26,548 bases of DNA from Spirulina sp. (lineage in GTDB: Bacteria; Cyanobacteriota; Cyanobacteriia; Phormidesmidales; Phormidesmidaceae): assembly GCA_044070495.1 (NCBI GenBank), contig JBIPSI010000049.1, positions 1 to 26,548 on the forward strand, written 5' to 3'. Positions 8,869 to 17,177 of this stretch are shown one piece after another. Positions within the stretch are counted from its first letter, which is position 1; the number at the start of each line of letters is the position of its first letter. The notes under the pieces were generated by a model. That model saw nothing but the letters and a program-made list of their open reading frames with translations. It was not told where the DNA came from and searched no databases. Position numbers and translations under genes: made by a program.

Positions 8869-9244
8869 GTGGCTCAATATTCTGCAAGCAGGATATTTGC
8901 AAGGTCTGCGCGCCTTCAAGGTTTGTCAGGCAGGGTCTAATGGTTGCTATTGACGAAGCTACCCAATCTTCTTAAGATTCCTTCTCGTCCACCGATCTAC
9001 TTGTAGATTGGGTTTAGGGGAGAAACAGTAGGTATCGACAACAGCGATCCAAGCCAGCGAGTTAAACCTGGCTTTCTGAACAGACCACCATCCATCGGTT
9101 TCTCTAAGTTTTTGAAAAAATCGTTGGCAAATTGGTAATAGGCGCTATCATGGCCATCGGATAACCGGGGTTGAATAGCCCAATGATCAACTCATCGGGT
9201 TTGCCCCAACCTAAGAGAGTGATAGTCATCGTGGAGTGTAAGTT

Positions 9245-9844
9245 GTGAGCAATGTCTTCGCTAAACTGCGGGATTTCGTTGGACTCAACGACCCAGCAGA
9301 CTATGAGTACGAGTACGAAGAAATGGATGGTGAGGAGTACCAAAACCTGTATCAGGAAGAGAATCCTCAGCCCCCGGTTCAACCCCTGCCCGAAGAGCCT
9401 CGCCGCAGCCGCCGTCTGCGGGAGCGTACAATGACCTCTGATACAGGAATGACCCCCATGGCCAGCAATGTAATTGGTATGCCCGGTGCGATGAACGGCA
9501 CCTCCGAAGTGGTGGTAATGGAACCTCGATCCTTCGAGGAAATGCCCATGGCCATCCAGGCGCTACGGGAGCGCAAGTCTGTGGTGCTGAATCTGACGAT
9601 TATGGATCCCGATCAAGCCCAGCGTGCTGTGGACTTTGTGGCGGGCGGCACCTACGCCATTGATGGCCACCAAGAGCGCATTGGCGAAAGCATTTTCCTG
9701 TTCACCCCCAACTGTGTGCAGGTGAGCACCCCCACCGAGTACGAAGAGGAGACCTTTGTGGGTCAGCCCCAGGCCATGCCCATGGCCGGACAAATGCCCC
9801 CCGCTCCCGCTTGGGGCACCGAGGCAATCGCCCGCATGGCCTAG
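9245..9844 (+). CDS. sepF: Cell division protein SepF
   Basis: N-terminal amphipathic helix ([10 protein letters not shown]); [12 protein letters not shown]...[17 protein letters not shown]...IFLFTP core; GTG start with an upstream GGAG. Confidence 0.96.
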   Translation: MSNVFAKLRDFVGLNDPADYEYEYEEMDGEEYQNLYQEENPQPPVQPLPEEPRRSRRLRERTMTSDTGMTPMASNVIGMPGAMNGTSEVVVMEPRSFEEMPMAIQALRERKSVVLNLTIMDPDQAQRAVDFVAGGTYAIDGHQERIGESIFLFTPNCVQVSTPTEYEEETFVGQPQAMPMAGQMPPAPAWGTEAIARMA

Positions 9845-9944
9845 GGAAGTTCGCTGGGGCACAGGGATAGATCCTAGGGCTTTATCCCTTGTCCATGCCA
9901 CCTGCGCTCAAACTTAGGTTATCCATTAGCGTGACTGCTCTCCT

Positions 9945-9992
9945 AGTCTGGGCAGGTTCCAAGCCGGGATCTGCCTAGACTTATTGTTTTTG
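9945..9992 (+). terminator. 16-bp stem-loop with U-rich tail between sepF and proC
   Basis: AGTCTGGGCAGGTTCC-AAGCC-GGGATCTGCCTAGACT (three G-U pairs) followed by TATTGTTTTTTG. Confidence 0.6.
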
Positions 9993-10033
9993 TTGGTTTA
10001 GCGTTTGTTTTAGTGGGTTGAAACGGAATCACC

Positions 10034-10846
10034 ATGACAGAGGGAACCCTAGGGGTGATTGGCGGTGGGGTGATGGGGGAGGCGCTTCTCTCTCGCCTGA
10101 TTGATCAGAACATTTTTGCCGCTTCACACATTCTCGTCAGCGATCCCCAGCCCGCCCGTCGCGAATTTCTAGAACAGACCTACGGGGTCAGCACCACGAC
10201 GGATAATGCCCAAGTGGTAGCCCAATCCAACACCATTTTGCTGGCCATTAAGCCCCAAATGTTGCCCCCCGTAGCCGAGGATCTCGCCGCTCGTGCTCCC
10301 CAGAACCCTTCACCCCTGGGGCTATCCATCTTGGCAGGTATTCCCCTCGCTCGATTAGAATCTGCCTTCCCTGGCTGGGCGATGGTGCGCGCCATGCCCA
10401 ACACTCCGGCCACCGTGGGGGCTGGGGTTACCGCCCTTGCCCCAGGGGCCAGCACCACGGCAGACCAACTGGCCTGGGCTAAGACCATTTTTGCCAGCGT
10501 CGGTGAAGTCGTAGAGGTACCAGAATCCCTCATGGACGCCGTTACGGCCCTATCGGGGTCGGGGCCAGGGTATGTAGCGCTGATGGTAGAAGCCCTGGCT
10601 GATGGCGGGGTAGCGGTTGGGTTACCTAGGGCAACGGCGTTGCAGCTTGCCATCCAAACCCTAAAGGGCACCGCCGAACTGCTACAACAGAGCCAGATGC
10701 ACCCCGGCGTGCTCAAGGATCGCGTCACCAGTCCGGGCGGCACCACTATCGCAGGCATTGCTCAATTAGAAGCGGCAGGTCTGCGGTCTGCCCTGATTGA
10801 AGCAGTGCGATCAGCCCATCGTCGTTCGGTGGAACTGGGGCAATAG
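10034..10846 (+). CDS. proC: Pyrroline-5-carboxylate reductase
   Basis: IGGGVMG, LAIKPQ, RAMPNTP, ALSGSGPGY and VTSPGGTTIAG motifs. Confidence 0.97.
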   Translation: MTEGTLGVIGGGVMGEALLSRLIDQNIFAASHILVSDPQPARREFLEQTYGVSTTTDNAQVVAQSNTILLAIKPQMLPPVAEDLAARAPQNPSPLGLSILAGIPLARLESAFPGWAMVRAMPNTPATVGAGVTALAPGASTTADQLAWAKTIFASVGEVVEVPESLMDAVTALSGSGPGYVALMVEALADGGVAVGLPRATALQLAIQTLKGTAELLQQSQMHPGVLKDRVTSPGGTTIAGIAQLEAAGLRSALIEAVRSAHRRSVELGQ

Positions 10847-10921
10847 CCGTGCCCTAGGGTTGGGTACCCTGTTGAATTCGAGAGAGGTCTACCGCACGAC
10901 TCCGTCAAAGAGGTCATCCTA

Positions 10922-11224
10922 ATGGATACTTTAACCCGTCTACTGGTTCAAGTTTTAATTGCCATCGTCTGCGCCACCCTGGCCAATCTTTTGGTGCCCC
11001 GTCGCGTGCCGGGTAAGGCTGTGGGGTTGGTGATCATCGGTCTTGCTGGGGTGTTTTTGGGGGAATGGGTGCTCAACAACATTCTGCGTCAGTACAATCT
11101 CACCTTTCCCTGGCTCACCTGGTCGTTCATGGGCGTGCCGATTCTGCCCTCCGTGGTTGGATCCATGATTGTGCTGTATGTGGTGTCCGCCTTCCTTAGC
11201 TGGGGGCGCTACGGCAATCGATAG
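10922..11224 (+). CDS. GlsB/YeaQ/YmgE-family small membrane protein
   Basis: 100 aa with three hydrophobic segments and the pattern LANLLVPRR..G...IIGLAGVFLG...PSVVGSMIVL. Confidence 0.7.
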   Translation: MDTLTRLLVQVLIAIVCATLANLLVPRRVPGKAVGLVIIGLAGVFLGEWVLNNILRQYNLTFPWLTWSFMGVPILPSVVGSMIVLYVVSAFLSWGRYGNR

Positions 11225-13154
11225 CGGTGGTCGAATCTGAGTCGGCCAGTTCAGGGTTGGGCAGGTCAGCCGTTGAGGAACTGGCCTCGGCCAACGCCAT
11301 CGCCACAGCGTAGCGATTACGGCCTTGCTGCTTGGCCTGGTAGAGGGCTTGGTCTGCTTGGTCTGTGAGGTGGCGGGCGGCAAAGGCCAGACTGGGGTAG
11401 GTCGAGGCAATGCCTAAGCTAACGGTGACATAGGGATGGCTAGGGGAACCGCTGTGGGGAATGCGGCTATTGGCAATTTCCTGCAAGATTAACTGGCTAG
11501 TGTGTATCGCCCCCTCCAGTCTGGTGTGGGGCAAGATAATGGCAAACTCCTCACCGCCGTAGCGGGCGGCAAGATCGGCAGGGCGCTTGATAGATCGACG
11601 AATGGCCGCCGCCACCTTCTCGATGCAGGTATCCCCCGCTAGGTGACCGTAGGTATCGTTGTAGCGCTTGAAATAGTCGATATCTAACAGAATCAGGCTG
11701 AGGGGAGCCTGCTCGCGGGTGAGGCGTCGCCATTCTTGATCGAGGTAGTCGTCAAAGTGGCGGCGGTTGGCTAGACTCGTTAGTTTGTCATGGGTGGCGA
11801 GGTGCTGAAGTTCCTGGTTGGCCTGCTGCAACTGCTGGTACAGCTCAGATTTTTGAATCGCAATAGCCAATTGGTCTGCCAACTGGGCCAGGGTTTCCAC
11901 TTCTATATCCCTCCACCTTCGGGGGCCATCACACTGTTGGCAAGCCAGCAAGCCCCAGAGATGATCCCCCTGCAAAATGGGCAGCACCAAGTTGGCCCGC
12001 ACCCGAAGCTGGATCAGCATGTTGACATAGCACGGCGAGAGGGACGTGTCCTGGTGGATATCCATTACACGATGAATGTGCCCCTTGAGATAGGTTTCGA
12101 TGGCAGCATTGTTGATCGCAAAGCAGCGATCCTCGATTTCGATCTGGCGTAACGAGAGCGACGAATCCGAAACGGCCTCAGCCACCACTCGGCCACTGCC
12201 ATCTTCCCCCTCAAATTGGTAGACCATCACCCGCTGGGTCTGCATCATCTGGCGCAGTTCTGCCACCGCCGTATCCAGCACCTCTTGCAGATCGAGGGAC
12301 TGGGAAATGCGCCGTGTCACCTGGGCAAGCACCCGATCCCGCTGGGCCTGCTGGCGAAAGCGATCCGCTTGTTCCTGGAGTTTTTGCTCAACGTCTACCA
12401 TGGGGGTGATGTCGCGCACCATTACCAGCACCTCGGCCTCGCCCATGGGTACAATGCGGACTTCCTCGTAGCGTTGCTCACCCGCCACCTGAATGGCTTG
12501 GCGATAGATTTGACGATCCCCCGTTTCTAGGGCCTGTTGGGTGTAATGCAGCCGATCCTCCGCCAAGGACGGGGGTAACAGATCGTAGATGGAGGCCCGT
12601 TGATCGGGGTTGAGATCCTGCCACAGAACCACCTCGTTGCCCTGCACAAGATATAGGCATTGCCCCTCCCGCGTCATCCGCACCAATAAATCTGGGATGG
12701 CATTGAGGATCGCCTGGGGATGGCCATTGCTGTCGGCTAGCCGATGGCCTTCAATCAACAGACCCGTTTGTCCATCGGCCAAGGCAACCCTAGTCCCCAG
12801 GCAATGTAACGAATGTCCTTGCACCGAGGACACCACGGGCCGACATTGACTTAAAGACTGACCCTCGTTCAACGCCTGACGATAGCACCGCAGCAGCCGA
12901 TCCCAACTCGCCCCGTCGTCCTCCATCCAAGCCGACGCTTCATCCACCGCCTGAAGCCCCATCCAGTCTAGGGCGGGTTGGTTGGCCCACAGCAAATCCA
13001 GAGACTCTAGGGTATAGAGCCAGAGGGGAGTATGCAGTGCGCCCAGAAGGCCATGGGCCAGGGTGTCTTCTACCCCCGGCAGCCTCTGGATGTCTCTGGC
13101 ATCGTGGTTACTCTCCAACCTTCTTGTTGCTCCATTTCCAACGTTGATGGCCAA
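11196..13154 (-). CDS. PAS-PAS-GAF(cyanobacteriochrome, DXCF)-GGDEF diguanylate cyclase
   Basis: PAS-like segments (TPLWLY...WANQPA; ILNAIPDLL). GAF domain with DRCF and PCY cysteines and LWGLLACQQC..PRRW. Coiled coil into HDKLT...RPAD I-site and GGEEF. Start codon uncertain. Confidence 0.92.
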   Translation of the reverse strand: MAINVGNGATRRLESNHDARDIQRLPGVEDTLAHGLLGALHTPLWLYTLESLDLLWANQPALDWMGLQAVDEASAWMEDDGASWDRLLRCYRQALNEGQSLSQCRPVVSSVQGHSLHCLGTRVALADGQTGLLIEGHRLADSNGHPQAILNAIPDLLVRMTREGQCLYLVQGNEVVLWQDLNPDQRASIYDLLPPSLAEDRLHYTQQALETGDRQIYRQAIQVAGEQRYEEVRIVPMGEAEVLVMVRDITPMVDVEQKLQEQADRFRQQAQRDRVLAQVTRRISQSLDLQEVLDTAVAELRQMMQTQRVMVYQFEGEDGSGRVVAEAVSDSSLSLRQIEIEDRCFAINNAAIETYLKGHIHRVMDIHQDTSLSPCYVNMLIQLRVRANLVLPILQGDHLWGLLACQQCDGPRRWRDIEVETLAQLADQLAIAIQKSELYQQLQQANQELQHLATHDKLTSLANRRHFDDYLDQEWRRLTREQAPLSLILLDIDYFKRYNDTYGHLAGDTCIEKVAAAIRRSIKRPADLAARYGGEEFAIILPHTRLEGAIHTSQLILQEIANSRIPHSGSPSHPYVTVSLGIASTYPSLAFAARHLTDQADQALYQAKQQGRNRYAVAMALAEASSSTADLPNPELADSDSTTAIDCRSAPS

Positions 13155-13345
13155 TGAAGGCGATTCCCAAGGTAAAGGCCCTCACCCTTTCTTCCTCTAT
13201 CCTAGATCGATAGCTGGTTTAGGATAGGGAAGAGCGGTAAAGCGCAAGATAGAACCATAGCCATGGACGCGCACCTATTTCATCTGACCACCTTGTCCAT
13301 AGCGACCCAGGGAAGATTCAATCGATGATCAAGCTAAGAAACAGC

Positions 13346-14092
13346 ATGGCGTTTCACCGCTGGGCTAGGGCCAAGGCATGGCTGCTGGTGGTCTGGGCCT
13401 GGGTGGGCCTCACCGCCTGCGGCACCCTACCCCTCACAATCAGCGCCGACTATCAAACCATCGCCCCCAGCCAAGACGGCATTGGACGGGTATATCTGGG
13501 TCGAGAAATTGCCAAAACCATGGGCCACGAAGGAGCCGCCTGGCTAGATCGGCCCAGCCGAGTGTTGCAGGAACGGCCCCAGGTGGCGGTAGATCGCCTG
13601 GATCTGCGACCTACGGACATGGTGGCGGACATTGGCGCTGGGTCGGGCTACTTTTCCACACGGCTGGCGGCACGGGTGCCCCAGGGGCGGGTGCTGGCGG
13701 TGGATGTACAGCCGGAAATGCTGGCCCTGCTAAGCGAAAAGCTAGAGGCTAGCCAAATTCCCAACGTGGAACTCGTCTTGGGTACCGAAGACAACCCTAA
13801 CCTGCCCCCCAACACCCTGGATCTCGCTCTGATGGTGGATGCCTACCACGAGTTTGCCTATCCCCGCGAAATGATGACAGGCATTGTGGCGGCCCTAAAA
13901 CCTGGTGGACGGGTGGTGCTGGCGGAATATCGCGCCGAAAACCCCCTGGTGATGATCAAGCGCCTCCACAAAATGAGCGAAACCCAGGTGAAACGCGAAA
14001 TGGCCGCCGTGGGGTTACGCTGGCTAAAGACCGACGATGCCCTACCCCAACAGCACCTCTTGTTTTTTGAAAAACCCGCTGAAAACGCCTAG
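13346..14092 (+). CDS. Class I SAM-dependent methyltransferase with lipoprotein-like signal peptide
   Basis: VADIGAGSGY motif I, LAVDVQPEML, MVDAYHEF and LKPGGR; N-terminal hydrophobic stretch ending LTAC. Start may be 13325 or 13346. Confidence 0.88.
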   Translation: MAFHRWARAKAWLLVVWAWVGLTACGTLPLTISADYQTIAPSQDGIGRVYLGREIAKTMGHEGAAWLDRPSRVLQERPQVAVDRLDLRPTDMVADIGAGSGYFSTRLAARVPQGRVLAVDVQPEMLALLSEKLEASQIPNVELVLGTEDNPNLPPNTLDLALMVDAYHEFAYPREMMTGIVAALKPGGRVVLAEYRAENPLVMIKRLHKMSETQVKREMAAVGLRWLKTDDALPQQHLLFFEKPAENA

Positions 14093-14103
14093 CCCCTTCC
14101 TCG

Positions 14104-14314
14104 CCCTCGCCCCCAGCCCCTCTCCCTCAGGACTACCGCTCATACATAGGTCTCTGTGTTGCTTGATGCCTAGGATGGATCCCCCCTAGCCCCCCTTGGA
14201 AAGGGGGGAATCGGATTCAAAGTCCCCCTTGACAAGGGGGATTTAGGGGGATCTCCCAGGCCGTCATCGAGGAAGTCAAGCCTTGGATCCGCCGCCGCCC
14301 CGGTAGGAGAGGGG
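14104..14314. mobile_element. CTAC-TIR mini-element (MITE-like) inserted in a CCCCTCTC/GAGAGGGG hairpin, copy 1
   Basis: CCCCTCTCCCTCAGGA-[CTACCG 14133 ... CGGTAG 14306]-GAGAGGGG. The internal GATCCCCCCTAGCCCCCCTT...GGGGGATTTAGGGGGATCTCCCAGG closely matches copy 2. Confidence 0.8.
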
Positions 14315-14380
14315 CGCTAGAAACAACGTTCAATGCGACAATAAAATCGACGATGACCGAAGGATTTAGGATTTCAACCC

Positions 14381-14923
14381 ATGCTTAAGCGTTTGGCCAC
14401 TGTACTGATTCTGGTGTTTGCCGTTGCCCTGCAAAGTTGCGTCGGCGGTGGCGGTGGCCTCCTCAGCTACACCGATCCCTACAACGGCTACGACTTCATG
14501 TATCCCACGGGCTGGGTTGAGGTGACGGTGCCCGGTGCCGCCGACGTGGTCTTCCACGACATCATCCACGAAACCGAAAACGTCAGTGTGGTGATTAGCG
14601 ACGTGCCCGACGACAAAAAGCTGGAGGATCTGGGCACCCCCACCGATGTGGGCTACAAGCTGTCCAAAAGCTTCAACGCCCTTGCCGAAAACGACAGCAA
14701 CGTGGAGCTAGTCAGCGCCCAGCGCATCGATACCCCCGACAACAAGACCTACTACATCCTGGAATACGTGGCCGACCTACCCGCTGGCACCCGCCACAAC
14801 CTAGCTAGCGCCATTGTGCGACGGGGCAAGCTCTACACCTTCAACGCCTCCACCAACGAAGACCGCTGGGACAAAATGAAGGATATCCTTAAGCAATCCG
14901 TGGCTTCCTTTAAGGTGTCCTAG
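14381..14923 (+). CDS. psbP: Photosystem II PsbP-like lipoprotein (CyanoP)
   Basis: Lipobox LQSC; GYDFMYPTGW, DVVFHDII, ENVSVVIS, LGTPTDVG, YYILEY, RHNLAS and GKLYTFNAST motifs. Confidence 0.93.
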   Translation: MLKRLATVLILVFAVALQSCVGGGGGLLSYTDPYNGYDFMYPTGWVEVTVPGAADVVFHDIIHETENVSVVISDVPDDKKLEDLGTPTDVGYKLSKSFNALAENDSNVELVSAQRIDTPDNKTYYILEYVADLPAGTRHNLASAIVRRGKLYTFNASTNEDRWDKMKDILKQSVASFKVS

Positions 14924-14983
14924 CCTGCTTTTCCGGCCTCCCGTTGAGGGCGTGTCTTAGCCTTGGGACGGCCCTCGCCCTCG

Positions 14984-15182
14984 CCCCTCTCCTTTGGCTC
15001 TACCGCTTATACATAAATCTCTATTGCGCTTGATGTCTGGGGTCGATCCCCCCTAGCCCCCCTTAACAAGGGGGGAACTGGATTCAAAGTCCCCCTTTCC
15101 AAGGGGGATTTAGGGGGATCTCCCAGGCATGACGGCATGAAAACAAGATGGATATAAACAGTAGCTCCTTTGGAGAGAGGGG
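14984..15182. mobile_element. CTAC-TIR mini-element (15000-15164) with target duplication inside a hairpin repeat, copy 2
   Basis: Imperfect TIRs CTACCGCTTATA / TATAAACAGTAG; direct repeat CTCCTTTGG at 14989-14997 and 15165-15173; outer arms CCCCTCTC and GAGAGGGG. Confidence 0.85.
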
Positions 15183-15226
15183 CTTTGAATTTGGATTCCC
15201 TGCTGCTTAGTGTGTCCTTTGGCCCC

Positions 15227-15829
15227 ATGTCCTCTGCGCCTTCTCCCAGACCTCAATTTGTCCTGGCCTCTGCCTCTAAGGCCCGTCGTTTGCTGTTGGT
15301 GGGGGCGGGCATTCATCCCTTCGTCTGCCCCAGCCATTTCGATGAATCTCAAATTAACGAGCCAGACCCACCACGCCATGTGGTTACCCTAGCCCAGCAC
15401 AAGGCCAAAACCGTGGCTCCCCAGTTTACCAATGCTATCGTCATGGGCTGCGATTCGGTGCTGGCCTTTAACGGCCAAATCTACGGCAAACCCGACAGCA
15501 AAGAAGAGGCCATCACCCGCTGGCAAACCATGCGTGGCCAAGTGGGCGACCTCTACACGGGCCATGTGCTGATTTCCCCCAGCGGCGTTTGCATCGCCCG
15601 TGCCGCCGTCACCCGCGTCTACTTTGCCGACATCGACGACGACACCATTACCGCCTACGTCAACTCCGGCGAACCCCTGGCCTGCGCCGGAGCCTTCGCC
15701 ATCGACGGCAAGGGGGGGCTATTCATCGAAAAGCTAGAGGGCTGCCACAGCAACGTCATCGGCCTTAGCTTGCCCCTGCTGCGCACCATGCTGGCGGAAC
15801 TGGGCTATCAAGTCTCAGACTTTTGGTAG
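15227..15829 (+). CDS. maf: Maf family nucleoside triphosphate pyrophosphatase
   Basis: [30 protein letters not shown] and NVIGLSL motifs. ATG 15227 is preferred because the TTG at 15170 lies inside the repeat. Confidence 0.93.
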   Translation: MSSAPSPRPQFVLASASKARRLLLVGAGIHPFVCPSHFDESQINEPDPPRHVVTLAQHKAKTVAPQFTNAIVMGCDSVLAFNGQIYGKPDSKEEAITRWQTMRGQVGDLYTGHVLISPSGVCIARAAVTRVYFADIDDDTITAYVNSGEPLACAGAFAIDGKGGLFIEKLEGCHSNVIGLSLPLLRTMLAELGYQVSDFW

Positions 15830-15842
15830 CGATAGTAAATCC

Positions 15843-15917
15843 AGAACCCCGGTTTCTCATTTCTCAGTTAACGAAACGATTGAATCGTTAGACCAACAGA
15901 AAAGAAACCGGGGTTCT
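15843..15917. repeat. Perfect 15-bp inverted repeat element (AGAACCCCGGTTTCT...AGAAACCGGGGTTCT)
   Basis: Arms at 15843-15857 and 15903-15917 with an internal palindrome AACGATTGAATCGTT; lies between convergent maf and exoD. Confidence 0.85.
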
Positions 15918-15959
15918 AAATCAGCCATGCGATGACCGAAAGACCAAGAAGCTGGGGGG

Positions 15960-16110
15960 TATAGCGGATTTCACTTGAATGAGGTGTGCCGTGAAGATCT
16001 CCCCATCCCCCCTTATTAAGGGGGGGATAAAGGCGAATCGACTACAGATGGAACCTGGGGGGGATCGGAAGCCCCAAAAGTTGTCCCTCACTGAACCGAG
16101 AACCGCTATA
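15960..16110. mobile_element. TA-flanked MITE (IS630/Tc1-mariner-like ends)
   Basis: TATAGCGGATTTCACTTGAATGAGG ... CCTCACTGAACCGAGAACCGCTATA imperfect TIRs; internal ATCCCCCCTTATTAAGGGGGGGAT hairpin; no coding capacity. Confidence 0.75.
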
Positions 16111-16119
16111 GCCGATCTC

Positions 16120-16734
16120 CTAAAAGCCGCGAATCAGTTGAATTCCGGCCTTCACCGCCTCGTAGCCAAACAGCAGCACCAGGGTGGTGAGGGTGCCACC
16201 CATCACGCACAACACCAACCCGCCCAGGCTAATCGCGCCATCGTCATCTAGCAACCCAAAACCTGTCACAAAAATGCCCATGGCGGGCAGGGTGTTGGTG
16301 AGGGGAATGGGAATCATCATCGAAATGGCCATGAGGCTAATCGCCACGCCGATTACAATTCGCCCCGGTCGGCTGGCGCAGACGGGGGTGAGACGGGGCC
16401 GAGAAATGGCCTCCAATCGACGTAACCAAGGGGTGCCTGCGGCGATGATTTTTTGAACCGTGGCTAGGTCAAAGGCTTTTTCGCTCCATTTTTCGGGCAT
16501 CCAGGGTCGGGTGCGACCGATCACCAACTGCACCGCCAGTAGCAACATCACAATGCCAAAGGGCACCGAATAGCCCGGAGCCGGAATCGGTAGGGCCGAG
16601 GGCAAGGCCAACAGCACAAACAAAAAGCCAAAGGTGCGCTCTCCGGCCAGGGTGAGAATTTCCTTGAGGGTAACCTGGGGTGTTTTAACGGTTTCAAAAA
16701 AATAATGGTTTAACTCGGCAGACAATCGGGCCAT
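16120..16734 (-). CDS. exoD: Exopolysaccharide synthesis protein ExoD
   Basis: TLKEILTLAGERTFGFLFVLLALPSALPIP, PWMP, ISRPRL, PIPLTNTLPA and DDG motifs. Confidence 0.92.
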   Translation of the reverse strand: MARLSAELNHYFFETVKTPQVTLKEILTLAGERTFGFLFVLLALPSALPIPAPGYSVPFGIVMLLLAVQLVIGRTRPWMPEKWSEKAFDLATVQKIIAAGTPWLRRLEAISRPRLTPVCASRPGRIVIGVAISLMAISMMIPIPLTNTLPAMGIFVTGFGLLDDDGAISLGGLVLCVMGGTLTTLVLLFGYEAVKAGIQLIRGF

Positions 16735-16833
16735 AGAGGTTAGATAGGGTAAGTTGTTTAGGATTTAGAATAATCGTGCTAACTCTAGCAAATTATTCGC
16801 GCAACATTACGGTTCCTTCCTCCACTCATCTGG

Positions 16834-17130
16834 ATGGCCATGGCCAAATCCTCCCAGCCCCTAGAGGGAGATGCCCTCGTTAAAGAAGTCTGTCGGCGCA
16901 TTCGGGTGGCCCGCAGCTATTGGGATGCCCACAACAACGCCGCCTGCCGAGGGGAACGGGAAAAAGCCCTCGCCCTCTACAACCAGCTCACCAAGGAGCA
17001 AAAGGACAAAATTCCCCAAACCCTGCGCGTCTGGCTCCGCTACCGCAGCGAAAAATACTTCGGCAACCACCGCACCCCGCCCAAAGCCAAGGGCCGATCT
17101 GGCAAAGGTCACCCCAATCGCCGCCATTGA
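16834..17130 (+). CDS. Small basic conserved hypothetical protein
   Basis: 98-aa ORF with codon usage like neighbouring genes. VCRRIRVARSYWDAHNNAACR and LRVWLRYRSEKYFG are recalled from small cyanobacterial proteins. Start may be 16840. Confidence 0.75.
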   Translation: MAMAKSSQPLEGDALVKEVCRRIRVARSYWDAHNNAACRGEREKALALYNQLTKEQKDKIPQTLRVWLRYRSEKYFGNHRTPPKAKGRSGKGHPNRRH

Positions 17131-17177
17131 CAGCCCTAAGGCCGAAGCGTCCCAAGATCACCGATAATAGAAATAGA

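Noticed and set aside
9104..9382. 92-aa hydrophobic minus-strand ORF
   Set aside because: Antisense to the acidic N-terminus of sepF, which explains the hydrophobicity.
15007..15228. Short ORFs with PPKSPLERGTL-type peptides (also 4042-4239 and 15979-16251)
   Set aside because: These are translations of the palindromic repeats, not genes.
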